Of a stretch of DNA of 64,000 nt, positions 40,101 through 50,943 are shown in pieces; the first letter of the stretch is position 1, and each line of letters begins with the position of its first letter. Below the pieces are notes generated by a model. The model had not been told where the DNA came from. It was given only the letters and a program-made list of their open reading frames with translations, and searched no databases. The position numbers and the translations under genes were made by a program. Location of the stretch: positions 4,608,001 to 4,672,000 of the forward strand of contig CAVTTN010000002.1 in the NCBI GenBank assembly GCA_963737655.1. Direction: 5' to 3'. Origin of the DNA: an uncultured Planctomycetota bacterium. Its GTDB lineage: Bacteria > Planctomycetota > Planctomycetia > Isosphaerales > Isosphaeraceae.

Positions 40101-41079
40101 CCGCCTCGGCGTGAGCGTCGGCGACCTGAACGACGCGATCGAGACGGCCCTGGGCGGACGGGTCGCGACCAGGACCGTCGAGGGGCGTGAGCGTCACCCG
40201 GTCCGCGTCCGATACGCCCGGGACTTCCGCCAGGACGAGGCCTCCGCCCGGGAGATCCTCGTGCCCACGATCGCCCGAGAACCCGACGGCCGCCCCCGGT
40301 TCGTCCGCCTGGGCGAGGTCGCCGACGTCCGGATCCTCGAGGGGCCGGCGACGATCAAGGGGGAGGCCGGCCGCGTCCGCAACTACGTCCGCCTGAACGT
40401 CCGGGGCCGGGACGCGGCGGCCTTCGTGGAGGAGGCCCGTCGCGAGGTCGCCCGGCGGGTCGTCCTGCCCCCCGACGTCACCGTGGACTGGACCGGCCAG
40501 TTCCAGAACGAGCACCGCGCCCGGAGGACGCTCGCGGTGGTCTTCCCCGTGGTCCTCTCCCTGATCTTCGGCGTCCTGTACTGGACCTATCGCGATCTGG
40601 CCGACGCGGCGATGATGCTCCTGGCCGTCCCGGGGGCGATCGCCGGCGGGATCTTCTTCCAGTGGCTCCTGGGCGTCCCCTTCTCCGTGACGGTCTGGGT
40701 CGGCTACATCGCCTGCTTCGGCATGGCGACCTCGACCGGGATCATCATGCTCGTCTACCTGCGAGACGCCGTGGCCCGAGCCGGAGGGCTGGACTCCCTG
40801 ACGGTCGAGGGCCTGCGGCTCGCGGTCCTCGACGGCGCCGCCAATCGGCTCCGCCCGAAGCTCTTGACCGAGGGGACGACGATCCTCGGCCTCGCCCCGA
40901 TGCTCTGGGCCGAGGGACCGGCCGCCGAGGTGATCCGCCCGATGGCCGCCCCGGTCCTCGGCGGCCTCCTGATCGCCGACGAGTTCATCGACCTGATGAT
41001 CCCCGTCGTCTTCTTCGCCTGGAACCGGCTGCGCCTCGCCCGCCGGGGGGCCTCGAGGAACGAGCCCGGCCCGGCCTGA
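37165..41079 (+). CDS. cusA: CusA/CzcA-family heavy-metal RND permease with a large internal insertion
   Basis: DAIPDLS, GPDAPATGQI, YDRTPLI, NIMSLAGIAISIG, GRAETPTDPAP, WTMPIQNRVDML, RLRPKLLT; 1304 aa. Confidence 0.92.
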   Translation: MIDAIIGFSIRHRVAVILASLVLAGLGLLGLADVPIDAIPDLSEDDVIVFADWPGHSPREVEDGVTYPLALELQGIRGAKAVRSSSDFNFSMIHVILDESVGVAEGRRRVAERLARGGAEFPPGVVPRLGPDAPATGQIFWYTVEGPGIDVSRLRAIQDWSVKPQLAAVPGVAEVATVGGAPLEYQVEIDPNRLRARGVTLPEVVEAIARANASVGGHVVHKANAEYLVRGEAWLGSGSGEGTGDVATRVVRDLEAILLNGPGGRAVRVADVAKVAVGPGPRRGVLEKDGADAVGGVVLMASGENPLDVTRRLKARIREVAAGLPPGVSIVPFYDRTPLIEGAIATVTGTLIEAILTATICVLVVLLHLRASLIIAITLPLAALGSFAIMAALRRSGLVEIQTNIMSLAGIAISIGVLVDSSVVVAENAMHALREHFGDRPVRGDVRPIVLPACRAVGRPIFFSVVIMLLSFLPVFALGGIEGKMFRPLAITKTLALLTVAALSITLVPALCTIFIRGRLRPEMDSPIVRGVAEVYRPVLASLLVNPAPLVLVLGLTFVVGLAPVGSRPLLLSALFLALVACGLTARTRWGRLGGMISLVVAALVAESTMTPLGREFVTPLDEGMIMDMPITVPRASVTQSADDLKARDMALCRFPEVAMVVGKAGRAETPTDPAPMDMIESMVDFRPRELWPRRSLRPADARDLARAVLDALQSRGWIAPVRDPSATLAAGLAEILPRLDAQMREFAYLKNSEFLHEHAAELGPDSLDGETPRRRELWRAHVAALNAELVGRAADLFARLALEEFLARAGATDPAVGAIVEEIRRRRDRPPAASRPSEAHHHQHGMSRPSEAPPIPPLPQVEALQEQLASAFARRLILWRKERSDLVGSGSELDRAVQMPGWSNIWTMPIQNRVDMLATGVNTTVGVRVLGRDLDSVVVASERIAEALKRLPGAADVVADPIRGKGYLEIRADRARAARLGVSVGDLNDAIETALGGRVATRTVEGRERHPVRVRYARDFRQDEASAREILVPTIAREPDGRPRFVRLGEVADVRILEGPATIKGEAGRVRNYVRLNVRGRDAAAFVEEARREVARRVVLPPDVTVDWTGQFQNEHRARRTLAVVFPVVLSLIFGVLYWTYRDLADAAMMLLAVPGAIAGGIFFQWLLGVPFSVTVWVGYIACFGMATSTGIIMLVYLRDAVARAGGLDSLTVEGLRLAVLDGAANRLRPKLLTEGTTILGLAPMLWAEGPAAEVIRPMAAPVLGGLLIADEFIDLMIPVVFFAWNRLRLARRGASRNEPGPA

Positions 41080-41108
41080 AGGCCGCATCGCCGGGACGTC
41101 GGCAAACT

Positions 41109-41581
41109 CAGCGGACGGGGTGGGATTCGAACTCACGGACGTTTTGAGGCGTCAGCGGTTCTCAAGACCGCCCGAAGATCCCCCCAAGACGATGCTATCA
41201 GAAGACTTGCGGGACGTCGAGACCTCCCCGGAAGCGCCACGGTGAGCGCGGCTGGAATCCGACCAGGACCCCGCCCTGATCGCCGAGCGATGGGCCGACC
41301 TGCCCGAAGCCATCAAGGCCGGAATCCTCGCGATGGTCCGGGCCTCCGACCATCGGAAGTAAGCTTCACGGTCAATCCAAGCGCGGACCCTCCCCCTGGC
41401 CCCCTGGGAGGGTTCGGGCGAGGGCCGCATTACCGGCCCCCTGCCCCATTCGACGGGGGCCGAGCGAATCAGATGGGCCGATCGGTCGGGTGAGGATGGC
41501 GAGGGAGGAGAGGCGATCGAGACGGGACGAATTCGCGGGCGGGTTGACCCGGGCGCAAGAGTCCCCCGGTCGCCCGGGAGG
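41109..41581. repeat. Direct repeat copy 1 (~470 bp; tRNA-Ser remnant plus element end), att-like
   Basis: Aligns over its whole length with 50941-51414. Confidence 0.9.
41112..41185 (-). pseudogene. Degenerate tRNA-Ser(UGA) remnant
   Basis: GCGGT-CTTGAGA-ACCGC anticodon arm, long variable arm, GTGAG-TTCGAAT-CCCAC T arm with mismatch; no D arm. Confidence 0.75.
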
Positions 41582-41700
41582 TCGTACTGCCGGCGGATCA
41601 GCTCCCAGTTGATCGGATTCGTCTGCACCGCACGAAGATTCGCGTAGGCGTCCGGTCGGCCGACGTCCGGGCGGCGCAGCTTCTGTCTTGTGGATCGCCG
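41582..41700 (-). pseudogene. Tn3-family transposase fragment
   Basis: QKLRRPDVGRPDAYANLRAVQTNPINWELIRRQYD resembles the Tn3 DDE I(N/D)WELIxxQYD segment. Confidence 0.6.
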
Positions 41701-41896
41701 GCAGTCGCTTTGAAGGAATCCGGAGCTGAGCCGCGGGGCTTGCATAGTCATCCGAGGCAAGGCGTAAGGAGTGACCGGCGTCCGCCGCTCGGGCTGGATG
41801 CGGCGGGACGCCGGTGGTCCTCAAGAATCCAGCGACTGCAGAGCCAGGAGCCGTCGCTCTGGCTGAGGGCTCGGTGATGACTGGCGGCGTTCGACT

Positions 41897-44091
41897 TCAT
41901 TTGAATGTGATCTTCGTCACGAAGGCATCGCTGGGCTCGATTCCTGCCGGTCGATGCAGTCCGTTGTGGTTGATAGGCGTTCCTGGTGGGGAAGTTCAAT
42001 GAATACGTGAACCCCGTGACGTACGCATTGCCCGAGCTGTCCACGGCGATGCCGTTGCCTTCATCCTCGTCGCTGCCGCCGAGATAGGTCGAGTAGATGA
42101 GCGACGCGGCCCCCGCCTGCGTAGGATTGATCTCGGCCACGAATGCGTCGGAAAAGCCTCCGCCAAACGTAGGTTGCAGGGCATTCGTCGTGGGGAAGTT
42201 GCTCGAGCCGGTGACGCCCGTCACGTAAATGTTCCCGTGGGTATCCACGGCGATGCCGCCGAGAGTGGTGTTCATGAACGGGGCCGCACCATCGACGCCG
42301 CCACTCAGGAAAGTGGAATAGACGAGACCGGTCCCCGCGGCGTTCAATTCCGTCACGAAGGCTGAGTCGGTGCCGATGGGGAACGTCCTCTGGTATCCCC
42401 CCGTGGTGGTTGGGAAATCGCTCGACGATGTCAGACCCATCACAGAGGCATTACCGGAACCGTCGATCGCGATCCGATAGCCCTTGGCAGCAGAATTGCT
42501 GCCGCTTCCACTGAGCTGGGCGCCGTAGACCAGTGCCGAACCCGTGGCATTCAGCTTCGCTACGAAGGCCCCGCCTTGGGTACCGGTCAGGAAAGCGCCC
42601 GGGGTTGTCGGGAAGTTTCCGTAGGAAGCGCCCGTCACGTAGGCGTTGTGGGAGCCGTCCACGGCGATGCCGTTCCCGAACGTGCCGGCCGGACCTCCGA
42701 GGAATGTGGAGTAGATGGGGGCCGATCCCGCCGGATTCAACGCGGTCACGAAGGCCTGGGGGCCACCTAGAGGGAGGACCGTCTGCAACGCCCCCGGAGT
42801 CGTCGGGAAATTGGTCGAGCTGCTGGTGCCCGTCACGTAGGCGTCGCCCGCGCCGTCCACCGCGATGCCGTTGGCATAGTCCTGCCCGCTGCCGCCGAGA
42901 TAGGTCGAGTAGACGAGCTTCGAACCGGTGGCGTTGAGCTTGGTCACGAAGGCATCAGCCCCATACGCGCCGCCGCTGGTCGTCCCGCCGGCAAAGGTGG
43001 CCTGCAGGGGGTTCTTCGTCGGGAAGTCGGTCGCCGAAGTCGAGCCTGTGACGTAGGCGTTGCCGGCGGAATCGACGGCAATACCCGAGGAGAATCCGCC
43101 GCCGAGAAAGGTGGAGTAGACGAGGGCCGAGCCCGCGGCATTGAACTTCGTCACGAAGGAGCCGTAGTTATCCGTCTTGATGAAGGTCCCCGATGTCTTG
43201 AAGGCCCCCGAAGTGGTCGGGAACTTCACCGACTCGGTCCAGCCGGTCACGTAAGCGTCTCCCGAGCTGTCCACGGCGATGCCCGTGCCCTGGGTCGAGG
43301 AATTGCCGCCGCCGAGGTAGGTCGAGTAGCTCAGGCTCATGACCGGGTCGATCACCAGCGCCTTGCCGTGGTCGTAGTGCCCGACCTGGAACCCCACCCG
43401 GCCGCCGGGTCCGATCACGAACCGGCTGGCCACCGACTGCCGGACGCCATCCACCATCTGGTAGGCGACGGGGGCGTGCTCGACCATGTCTCCGCCCGAG
43501 GTGTGCAGGACGAGGTCGCCCTGGGCGTCGAGCGATTTCCCCGTGACGCCGTCAAACGCCAGCCGGATGGTACCGGGGCTGGCGCCGGGCTGGACCACGA
43601 AGTCATATTCGAGCTGCTGCTGGTCGCCCTGGTAGACCAGGTTGATCCCGCGGTAGACGCCCTTGTAGGTGACCTCCGCGTAGTTGGCGATGTTGGTGTG
43701 ACCCCGCGACGAGCCGTTACCGGTGAAGTCGTTGCTCACGCCGGCCTGCTTGTCGAGGCCGACGGCGCGGGAGCCGGGATTCTGCGCCGACGATCTTCAT
43801 GGCGACGACGTTGCCGCCGCTGCCCTGCTGCACTTCCATCACGGCGCTCGTGGGCGTCAGGAACGCCGTGTAGCCGGCCCCCTGGGTCAGGAAGTTGACC
43901 CGGGGATCGGTCTGACCCTTGTTGATCTGGAAGCTCAGCGGGAGCTGGCCGTAGGCAGCGGTCAGTTGTGCCTGCGTGGTGGCATCGGGCACGGTGGTCG
44001 CGGCGCCGGCCGGTAGCGAGGAAAGACAGAGACGGCTTTCCAACGATTCGAGGGAAAGGAACTTCCGACTCAGTCGTTGTCTGCGAGTCAT
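41897..44091 (-). CDS. SBBP-repeat beta-propeller protein with LEPR-xLL N-terminus; frameshifts near 43785 and 41935
   Basis: LESLESRLCLS; YGQLPLSFQINKGQTD; repeated YSTYLGG..GIAVDSSGNAYVTG..FPT; corrected end DAFVTKITFK*. Confidence 0.85.
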
Positions 44092-44186
44092 GGGAATGTC
44101 TCCTTCAAGAGAGCCGGTTGGCCAAAGCCTTGCGGCCTGGCCAACCGATGTCTCCGAGTTGCGGGGTGGTCGGTTCAGAACGTCAA

Positions 44187-46529
44187 TTACGAAATCGCAC
44201 CCGCCACGTTGAGGGCGTGGAAGAGGTGGTTGGCCTGCTTCTGGAGGGTCGGGTCGCCGTTGTAGAGCACGCCGCGGACGGTCTGCCGGTCGACCGCCTC
44301 CAGCAGTTCGTACACGTTCAGCGTGGTCTTGTTGGCGACACCGACGGCCGCGCCATCGGCACCGACGTCGAAGGAGTCGGCCCCCAGGCCGTCGGCCGAA
44401 ACGCTGAAGCCGTAATCCAGCCCGATCGTGCCGCCGAGCGATGATGTGGTGGCGTAAACGTTCAGGGCCGTCGCCAGCACCTGCGCCTCCACATTGGACC
44501 CGGGCAGGGCGCACTCAGTCTTGAAGAACGCAGCCACCTGATAATTGAACTGGTATTCAAGATTGTTGCTGCCCGCGCCGGCCCCGTAGAGATTGGGGAA
44601 GGCCGTGGACAGCCAGCTCGACAGCGCCGTTGAGTACGGCCCGCCGTTGAAGCCGTTGATAAGCGATTGACCATTCTTGCCGCGCCAGAAATCGATGTCG
44701 CCCGTCAGGCCGCCCTGAACAGCCCGGCCCAGGGAGACCACGGTGGCGGTGGAGAGTGTCGTCGCCGTCGTCGTGTTGCCGAGGATGTGGCTAATCTGGA
44801 TGCTGACCACATCCGTTCCGGGGTCGATGTAGGTGTGTGAACCCGTGACCGTGAGCGTCTTGCTCCCGGTGATGGTGCCGTCCGAAGTGCTGCCATCGCT
44901 CCAGGTGATGATGGCGGCGTACGAAGCCGCACTGCCGTACGGGTCGGCGTTCGTGAATTTCGCGACCGTGCCGGTGAAGAGAGCACCTGCGGTCGCACGC
45001 GAGTTGACGCCTGTGGCCGACAGCGCCGCCGGGCTGATCGTCAGGCTGGTGGTGCCCGCGCTCGTGCCGAATCCGGTAGTTCCGGCGCCCCCGGGCGACC
45101 CGCTGTAGGTCGCCGTGATGGCATGGCTGCCGGCGTTCAGCATCGTGATGCTGAAGCTCACCTTACCGTGGGCGTTGAGCGGCAGCGCGGGTCAGGGGCG
45201 TGCCACCTTCTTCAAAGGTGACGGTACCGGCGGTGATCGGTTTGCCGCCGCCAGTCACGGAGGCAGTACAGATCGCCGACTGGCCGTAGACCGAGCTGAC
45301 GGGGACGCTCACGGACGTGGTTGACACGTTAGCGTTCAGGAGCACGCTGAGGGTCCCCCCCCCAACACGCCCAGGTCGAGCTTGCCATCGCCGTTGAAGT
45401 CGCCAACCGACACGGTGTCAACAAACCCGGCAGCAGTGAAATTCTGTGCGGATTGGAAAGTGCCGTCGCCATCGCCGAGCAACACACTGACGTTGTTGCT
45501 GTTGTAGTCCGTCACGACCAGATCGGCCTTGCCGTCGCCGTTGAAGTCGCCGACAGAAAGGGAGCCAGGCTCTGCCGCAAGGGTGAAGCTCTGAGCGGGT
45601 TGGAAGCTGCCGTCGCCATTGCCGAGCAAGACGCTGACACTGCTGGGCCCTTGGCCAAGGGTGCTGGAAAGATTGGCCGTCGCCAGGTCGGGCTTACCGT
45701 CGCCGTTGAAGTCGCCGATCGTGACATTCGGGTAGTAACCGCCGACGACCAGGTACTGGGGAGACTGGAAGCTGCCGTCGCCGTTGCCCAGGAGCACGGT
45801 GACACTGTCGTCGGAGAGGTTTGCCGTCACCAGGTCGGGCTTGCCGTCGCCATTGAGGTCGCTCAGTGCCAGGTCGCCGGGATTGGACCCGTCGGCGAAA
45901 TCCTGAGCCGCCTGGAAGCTGCCGTCGCCGTTGCCCAGGAGCACGCTGACTGTGTCGCTGAACTCGTTCGCGACGGCCAGGTCGCGCTTGCCGTCGCCAT
46001 TGAAATCGCCCGCCACGATCGAGTCGGCGTACAACCCCGCCGCATACGTCGCTTGAGGCCGGAAGGTGCCGTCGCCGTTGCCGAGGAGGACCGACACACT
46101 GCTATTGAACGGGTAATTTTCGGTGTTTGCGACGGCCACGTCCATGCGGCCGTCGCCGTTGAAGTCACCCACCGCCACGCTTCCCTGACCTTGCCCGACC
46201 GGGAAGCTACCGACCGGGAAGGGCTGGGCTGTCTGGAAGGTACCGTCGCCATTGCCCAGTTGCACGCCGTCTGAGCCGCCCACGATGTCGGGCTTACCGT
46301 CCCCGTTAAAGTCTGCGACCGCCACTGAGGAAGGTGCCAGTCCAGTGGCGACACTGATCGGAGGGCTGAAGCTGACAGTGCTCAGGACGACCCGGTCTTC
46401 CAGCAAATCCAGCCGAGGCCGAAACCGCGTCGCCGCTCGGGGAGGCGGTGACCGGCGGCCGTTTCGTGCGACACGACCCGAGCGGCTGTCGGGGTGCAAG
46501 TTCTGTTGCTCATTGGTGAAGCACGTCAT
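44187..46529 (-). CDS. FG-GAP/VCBS-repeat protein with Ig-like domains and LEPR-xLL N-terminus; frameshifts near 45355 and 45190
   Basis: AGGAG RBS; LDLLEDRVVLS; about seven GDFNGDGKxDL repeats; GSHAITATYSG Ig-like motif. Confidence 0.85.
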
Positions 46530-46812
46530 TGGAGTCTCCTGCTGAGGGGTTGGTCCGCAGTCCAGGGAAATGGCCCGCGATCCCGGCGCGCAGACCGAGC
46601 GCCGGCGCGGTTCGGGCACTGCCGAGAGGCCGTGTCTCATCGGCCATCGATCTCTGATTCAAGGGAAATCCCTAGGTGCGCAGTCCACGGAGATGACTGC
46701 CACTTTGATTGGATCTCGAGTTCTGGGTCTTGGGTCCGGCTCCCGAGATCGTGGGTCTCGAAGGCGATCCAAAAATAAAGAACATATGTACTATCAACTT
46801 TATTTAATGTGC

Positions 46813-49521
46813 CTATTTCTGAGGCGATACTTGCTTGTTCTCCTTCCCGGACGGGGCCTCGAGCTTAAGGATCAGTTTCTTGAAATCCTCGCGACCGCGC
46901 AGCGCGTCGAGGTCCTTGTCCTCGGCCATGTGGGCGTCATCGCTGTATCCAGCCGCGACAGCTTGCCCGAGCCAGGTCATGGCCCGGTCGGCCTCGGCGG
47001 TGGCGGCCGTCGTGGTCACTTCCGACGGGTCGCTCGCACGCAGGACGGCGGCGGTGACGGCCCTCATGCAGGCCGCGTCGTACAGGCTCCCGGCGTCGGT
47101 GCGATTCAGTTTTTCCCACATCTCGGCGGTCGCCCGGCAGCCATCAGGATCCCGGAGCTTCGCGAAGTGCCGGAGCCGCAGGTTGACCACTTCCGCGATC
47201 AGGCGCGGATCGATGGCCTTTCCCGCGGAGCGCCCGACGCACTCGTCGATGATCGGCACGGCCTCCGCCCCCCGGTCCAGGTTCGCCAGGGTTGCCGCGA
47301 CCGCCCACATGCTGGCGAGCGTATCGGGATGGCCGGGACCGAGCTCGGCCCTCCGCAGCGCCAGCGTCTCTCGGTTGAGCTCGAGCGCCTCGGCATTCCG
47401 GCCCAGGGAGGCGTAACAGTTGGCGACGTTGCTCATGCTGAACAGGGTATCGGGGTGGTTGGCCCCGATGTGGGCCCTGCGCAATGCCAGCGTCTCTTCG
47501 TGGAGCTTGAGGGCCTCGGCATGCCGGCCCAGTTCGCCGTAGGTGTTGGCCAAGTTGTTCATGCTGGTCAGCGTGTCGGCATGGTTCGGGCCCAACCTGG
47601 CCCTTCGCCGCTCGAGCGTTTCCTGGTGGAGCTTGAGGGCGTCGGCGTAGCGGCCCAGCTCCTCGTAGCTATTGGCCAGGTTGTTCATGCTCGCGAGCGT
47701 GGAAGGGTGATTCGGGCCGAGTTTCGCCTTCCGCAGCGTGAGCGTCTCTTCGCCGAGGCGGAGGGCGTCGGCCTGCCGGCCCAGGGCGAAGTAGGCGACG
47801 GCCAGGTTGCTCGTGCTCGAGAGCGTGTCGGGATGGTCGATGCCGCGGTGCTTCATGAAGATCGTACGGGCCACCTGGTACTGCTCGGCGGCAAGCTGTG
47901 CATCGCCCAGGTACCAGAACGAGATGCCGAGCGTCATCCGCAGTCGGGCCTCGATGAGCGGTTGGTTCTTGAATCGCCTGTCCACGAACGGCAGCACGGA
48001 TTCGACGGCCGAACGGAGGGTGGCGTCGTGACCCAGGCCGCCGTCCTCTCCCTTGGGCCGTGCGGCGGCGAAGACCTTGTTCTCGACGAAATCGAGCACC
48101 GCCTCCGTATCGGCCGTACGGGCGAGGGCAATCTCCTTCGCCTCCTTCTCCGACTCTGCTGCGGCCAGGGCTTTTTGCTCATTGCCTTCCGCCCTTCTTC
48201 GCTGTTCGGCCTCGGACTGGCGCGCCCGATCGGCCCGCACGAAACCCCACGACGTCCCGATGATGCCGACGATCAAGACCAGCAAGACAGCCGCTCCGGC
48301 CAGCACCGGCCCTTTGTTCCGTTTTGCGAACTTGCTGAAGCGATACCATGACGACGGCGGGCAGGCCTGGACCGGCTCGTCATCCAGATACCGCCGCAGG
48401 TCGGCCGCCAGGCCGTTGGCCGTCTCGTACCGCCGGTTGCGGTCCTTCTCCAGCGCCTTCATCACGATCCAGTCCAGCTCGCCCCGCACCAGGCCGCTCA
48501 GCTTCCGCGGCTCGATGTGCCGGCATGCCGCGATGCTCGGCAGCTCCTCGGTCGTGCTCAGCCGCATGCTCGGGCGCAGCGATTCCTCCTCGCGGATCAC
48601 CCGGAGGATCTCGAGGAACAGCACCTCCTTCAGCCGCCTCCGCTCCAGCGGCGTCGAGCCGGTCAACAGCTCGTACAGGAGCACGCCCAGGCTGTAGATG
48701 TCGCTGCGGGTGTCGACGTCGAGCTGATTCAGCTCCGCCTGCTCGGGGCTCATGTATTCGAGCGTGCCGACGATCGCGCCGAACTCGGTGTAGAGCGTCT
48801 GGTCGGTCAGCCGCGGGCCGGTCGCCTTGGCCACGCCGAAGTCGATGACCTTGGGGACGGGTTTGCCGTCGTACAGGGCGATCAGGACGTTGGACGGCTT
48901 GATGTCGCGGTGGATGACCCCCTTCTGATGGGCGTGCTGCACGGCCTGGCAGACCGGGATGGCCAGCTCCAGCCGCTCGCGGAGCGTCAGCCGGCGGTCG
49001 TCGCAGAACCGGGTGATCGGGACGCCCTTGACCAGCTCCATGACGAAGTAGGGACGGCCCGCGTCGGTGGTCCCGGCGTCGAAGACCTTGGCGATGTTCG
49101 GGTGATCCATCAGCGCCAGCGCCTGGCGTTCGGCGCCGAAGCGGGCCAGCACCTGGCGGCTGTCCATGCCGGTCTTGATGAGCTTCAGAGCCACGGTGCG
49201 CCGCACCGGCTGGGTCTGCTCGGCCATGTAGACCGTGCCCATCCCCCCCTCGCCGATCACCTGGAGCAGCTTGTACGGGCCGATGACCGCGCCGGACGAC
49301 TCGGCCGGCGAGGACGAGGCCATCGAGGAGGTGGGCGAAGCGGGCGGGGATTCGAGGAAGGTGCCGGCCTGGAAGTGGGCGTCGACCAGCCTCTCGACGC
49401 GACGACGCAGTTCCTCGTCCGTGCCGCAAGCGCGGGCGACGAATGCGGCCCGTTCCTCCCCCGAGGCGATCTCGATCGCGCCGGAGAAGATGGTGTCGAA
49501 GCTGGGGTCGTCGCGAATCAT
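46813..49521 (-). CDS. Ser/Thr protein kinase with TM helix and TPR repeats
   Basis: [33 protein letters not shown]; LGPNHPxTLxSMNNLA repeats. Confidence 0.95.
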   Translation of the reverse strand: MIRDDPSFDTIFSGAIEIASGEERAAFVARACGTDEELRRRVERLVDAHFQAGTFLESPPASPTSSMASSSPAESSGAVIGPYKLLQVIGEGGMGTVYMAEQTQPVRRTVALKLIKTGMDSRQVLARFGAERQALALMDHPNIAKVFDAGTTDAGRPYFVMELVKGVPITRFCDDRRLTLRERLELAIPVCQAVQHAHQKGVIHRDIKPSNVLIALYDGKPVPKVIDFGVAKATGPRLTDQTLYTEFGAIVGTLEYMSPEQAELNQLDVDTRSDIYSLGVLLYELLTGSTPLERRRLKEVLFLEILRVIREEESLRPSMRLSTTEELPSIAACRHIEPRKLSGLVRGELDWIVMKALEKDRNRRYETANGLAADLRRYLDDEPVQACPPSSWYRFSKFAKRNKGPVLAGAAVLLVLIVGIIGTSWGFVRADRARQSEAEQRRRAEGNEQKALAAAESEKEAKEIALARTADTEAVLDFVENKVFAAARPKGEDGGLGHDATLRSAVESVLPFVDRRFKNQPLIEARLRMTLGISFWYLGDAQLAAEQYQVARTIFMKHRGIDHPDTLSSTSNLAVAYFALGRQADALRLGEETLTLRKAKLGPNHPSTLASMNNLANSYEELGRYADALKLHQETLERRRARLGPNHADTLTSMNNLANTYGELGRHAEALKLHEETLALRRAHIGANHPDTLFSMSNVANCYASLGRNAEALELNRETLALRRAELGPGHPDTLASMWAVAATLANLDRGAEAVPIIDECVGRSAGKAIDPRLIAEVVNLRLRHFAKLRDPDGCRATAEMWEKLNRTDAGSLYDAACMRAVTAAVLRASDPSEVTTTAATAEADRAMTWLGQAVAAGYSDDAHMAEDKDLDALRGREDFKKLILKLEAPSGKENKQVSPQK

Positions 49522-49563
49522 GGCGATGTCCTGAGAGCGTGGGTTCCAGGCACAGTGCGAGTT

Positions 49564-50175
49564 TCAGGACGAAGAGGGATCACTCCGGCCGGAATTATTT
49601 TTCCAAGGGCCCGGTTCCTCGCCATCGGACAAGGCGTCATAGAGCCAGGCGCGCGCGACCGCCCAGTGCCGCTTGGCGGTGATCGGGGAGATGCCCAGGC
49701 ACGCGGCGGCCTCCTCGACCGACAGGCCCGCGAAGTAACGGAGCTTGACCACCTCCGCCTTGAGCGGCTCCTTCCCGGCGAACCTCGTTAACGCCTCGTC
49801 GAGGGCGAGCAGGTCGTGGAATCGGTCCTCGACGGGCAGGGCGACGGCGTCGAGCGGCATCCGCTTCCGATCTCCGCCGTGCTTGGGCCGTCGCTTGCGG
49901 CGGGCGTTGTCGACCAGGATGCGGCGCATGGCCTCGGCCGCGGCGCCGAAGAAGTGTCCCCGACTGTTCCAGTCCTGCCCTCGCTCGGGATCGAGCAGCC
50001 GCAGATACGCCTCGTGGACCAGGGCCGTGGCCTGGAGCGTCTGACCGGGCTTCTCCTGGGCCAGCCTCTGCGCGGCGAGTCGGCGTAATTCGTCGTAGAC
50101 CAGCGGCAACAGTTGCTCGGCGGCCCGGGGGTCGCCCCGCTCGATCGCCGAGAGGATCCGCGTCACTTCATTCAT
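49564..50175 (-). CDS. ECF sigma factor, planctomycete TIGR02999 type
   Basis: MNEVTRIL..LLPLVYDELRRLA..TLQATALVHEAYLRL..HFFGAAAEAMRRIL..ARAWL. Confidence 0.93.
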   Translation of the reverse strand: MNEVTRILSAIERGDPRAAEQLLPLVYDELRRLAAQRLAQEKPGQTLQATALVHEAYLRLLDPERGQDWNSRGHFFGAAAEAMRRILVDNARRKRRPKHGGDRKRMPLDAVALPVEDRFHDLLALDEALTRFAGKEPLKAEVVKLRYFAGLSVEEAAACLGISPITAKRHWAVARAWLYDALSDGEEPGPWKNNSGRSDPSSS

Positions 50176-50724
50176 CGAACACGCCGCCCCGATCCATCCG
50201 CTTGCGACGCAGCGGCGGCCCACCCTGGAGCACCGTGGCCCCGATTCGACTGAGATAAGTCCGCCACGAGGACGCGGATGATCGGTCCCAAGAGTAAACC
50301 CTGAGTCCCGAACAAGATAGGCGGGCGTCACTTCGCTGGACCGACCTCCAGGCGACGCGATCGCCCGTACGCGACGTGGCTCCGGTCGAGCTCAGGCCAC
50401 GAGTGTCAGCGTGAAATGGCGGCTCGTGACACGACTGTTGGGTCGACCCCTCGAAGGGATTTCAGTGGCGCTCGGTGAATGCTGGGCGACCATGGAAGGA
50501 ACCGGCTTTGGTTCACGGTCGGCAACTTCGGCGGCGGGCGTGTCAGCGCGTCGTGCACCACGTCTTGCAGAGGCGTGGTAGCATTTCCCGGACTCGAATC
50601 TCCTTCTCCGTAAGATGGATATGAAGACGCGACGCGGGAATCCGACAGGTCCCCTGGATCAAGGACCCAGGCGGCGCACGATCGCTCATAAGGGTACAGA
50701 ACGTTGCTGGGCGCGGAGCGTGGC

Positions 50725-50847
50725 TTAACGATCGACGAGGTCGTACACCCGCTCGACCAGCGCCGCGGCGATGGGAGAGGCGATCGACCACAGCGCCATC
50801 TTGTTCATCACGCAGGCGACGGTCATGCGGCGATCCGCGTCGGCGAT
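50725..50847 (-). pseudogene. C-terminal relic of a serine hydrolase (beta-lactamase-related esterase)
   Basis: IADADRRMTVACVMNKM..AAALVERVYDLVDR* with no upstream gene body. Confidence 0.5.
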
Positions 50848-50943
50848 CGAGCGGATCGCTCTCCGACCCGTCCCGGGCCCCGACCGCCCCTTTCCCCCGA
50901 GGCGATGGCGGCGATTGGCGGCCCGAGGCGGCCTCTGTCACAG

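Noticed and set aside
36691..41136. 1481-aa antisense ORF and similar long shadow ORFs (1691-3790, 12432-14009, 25860-27932)
   Set aside because: They mirror well-supported genes on the opposite strand; stop-poor antisense frames are expected at this GC content.
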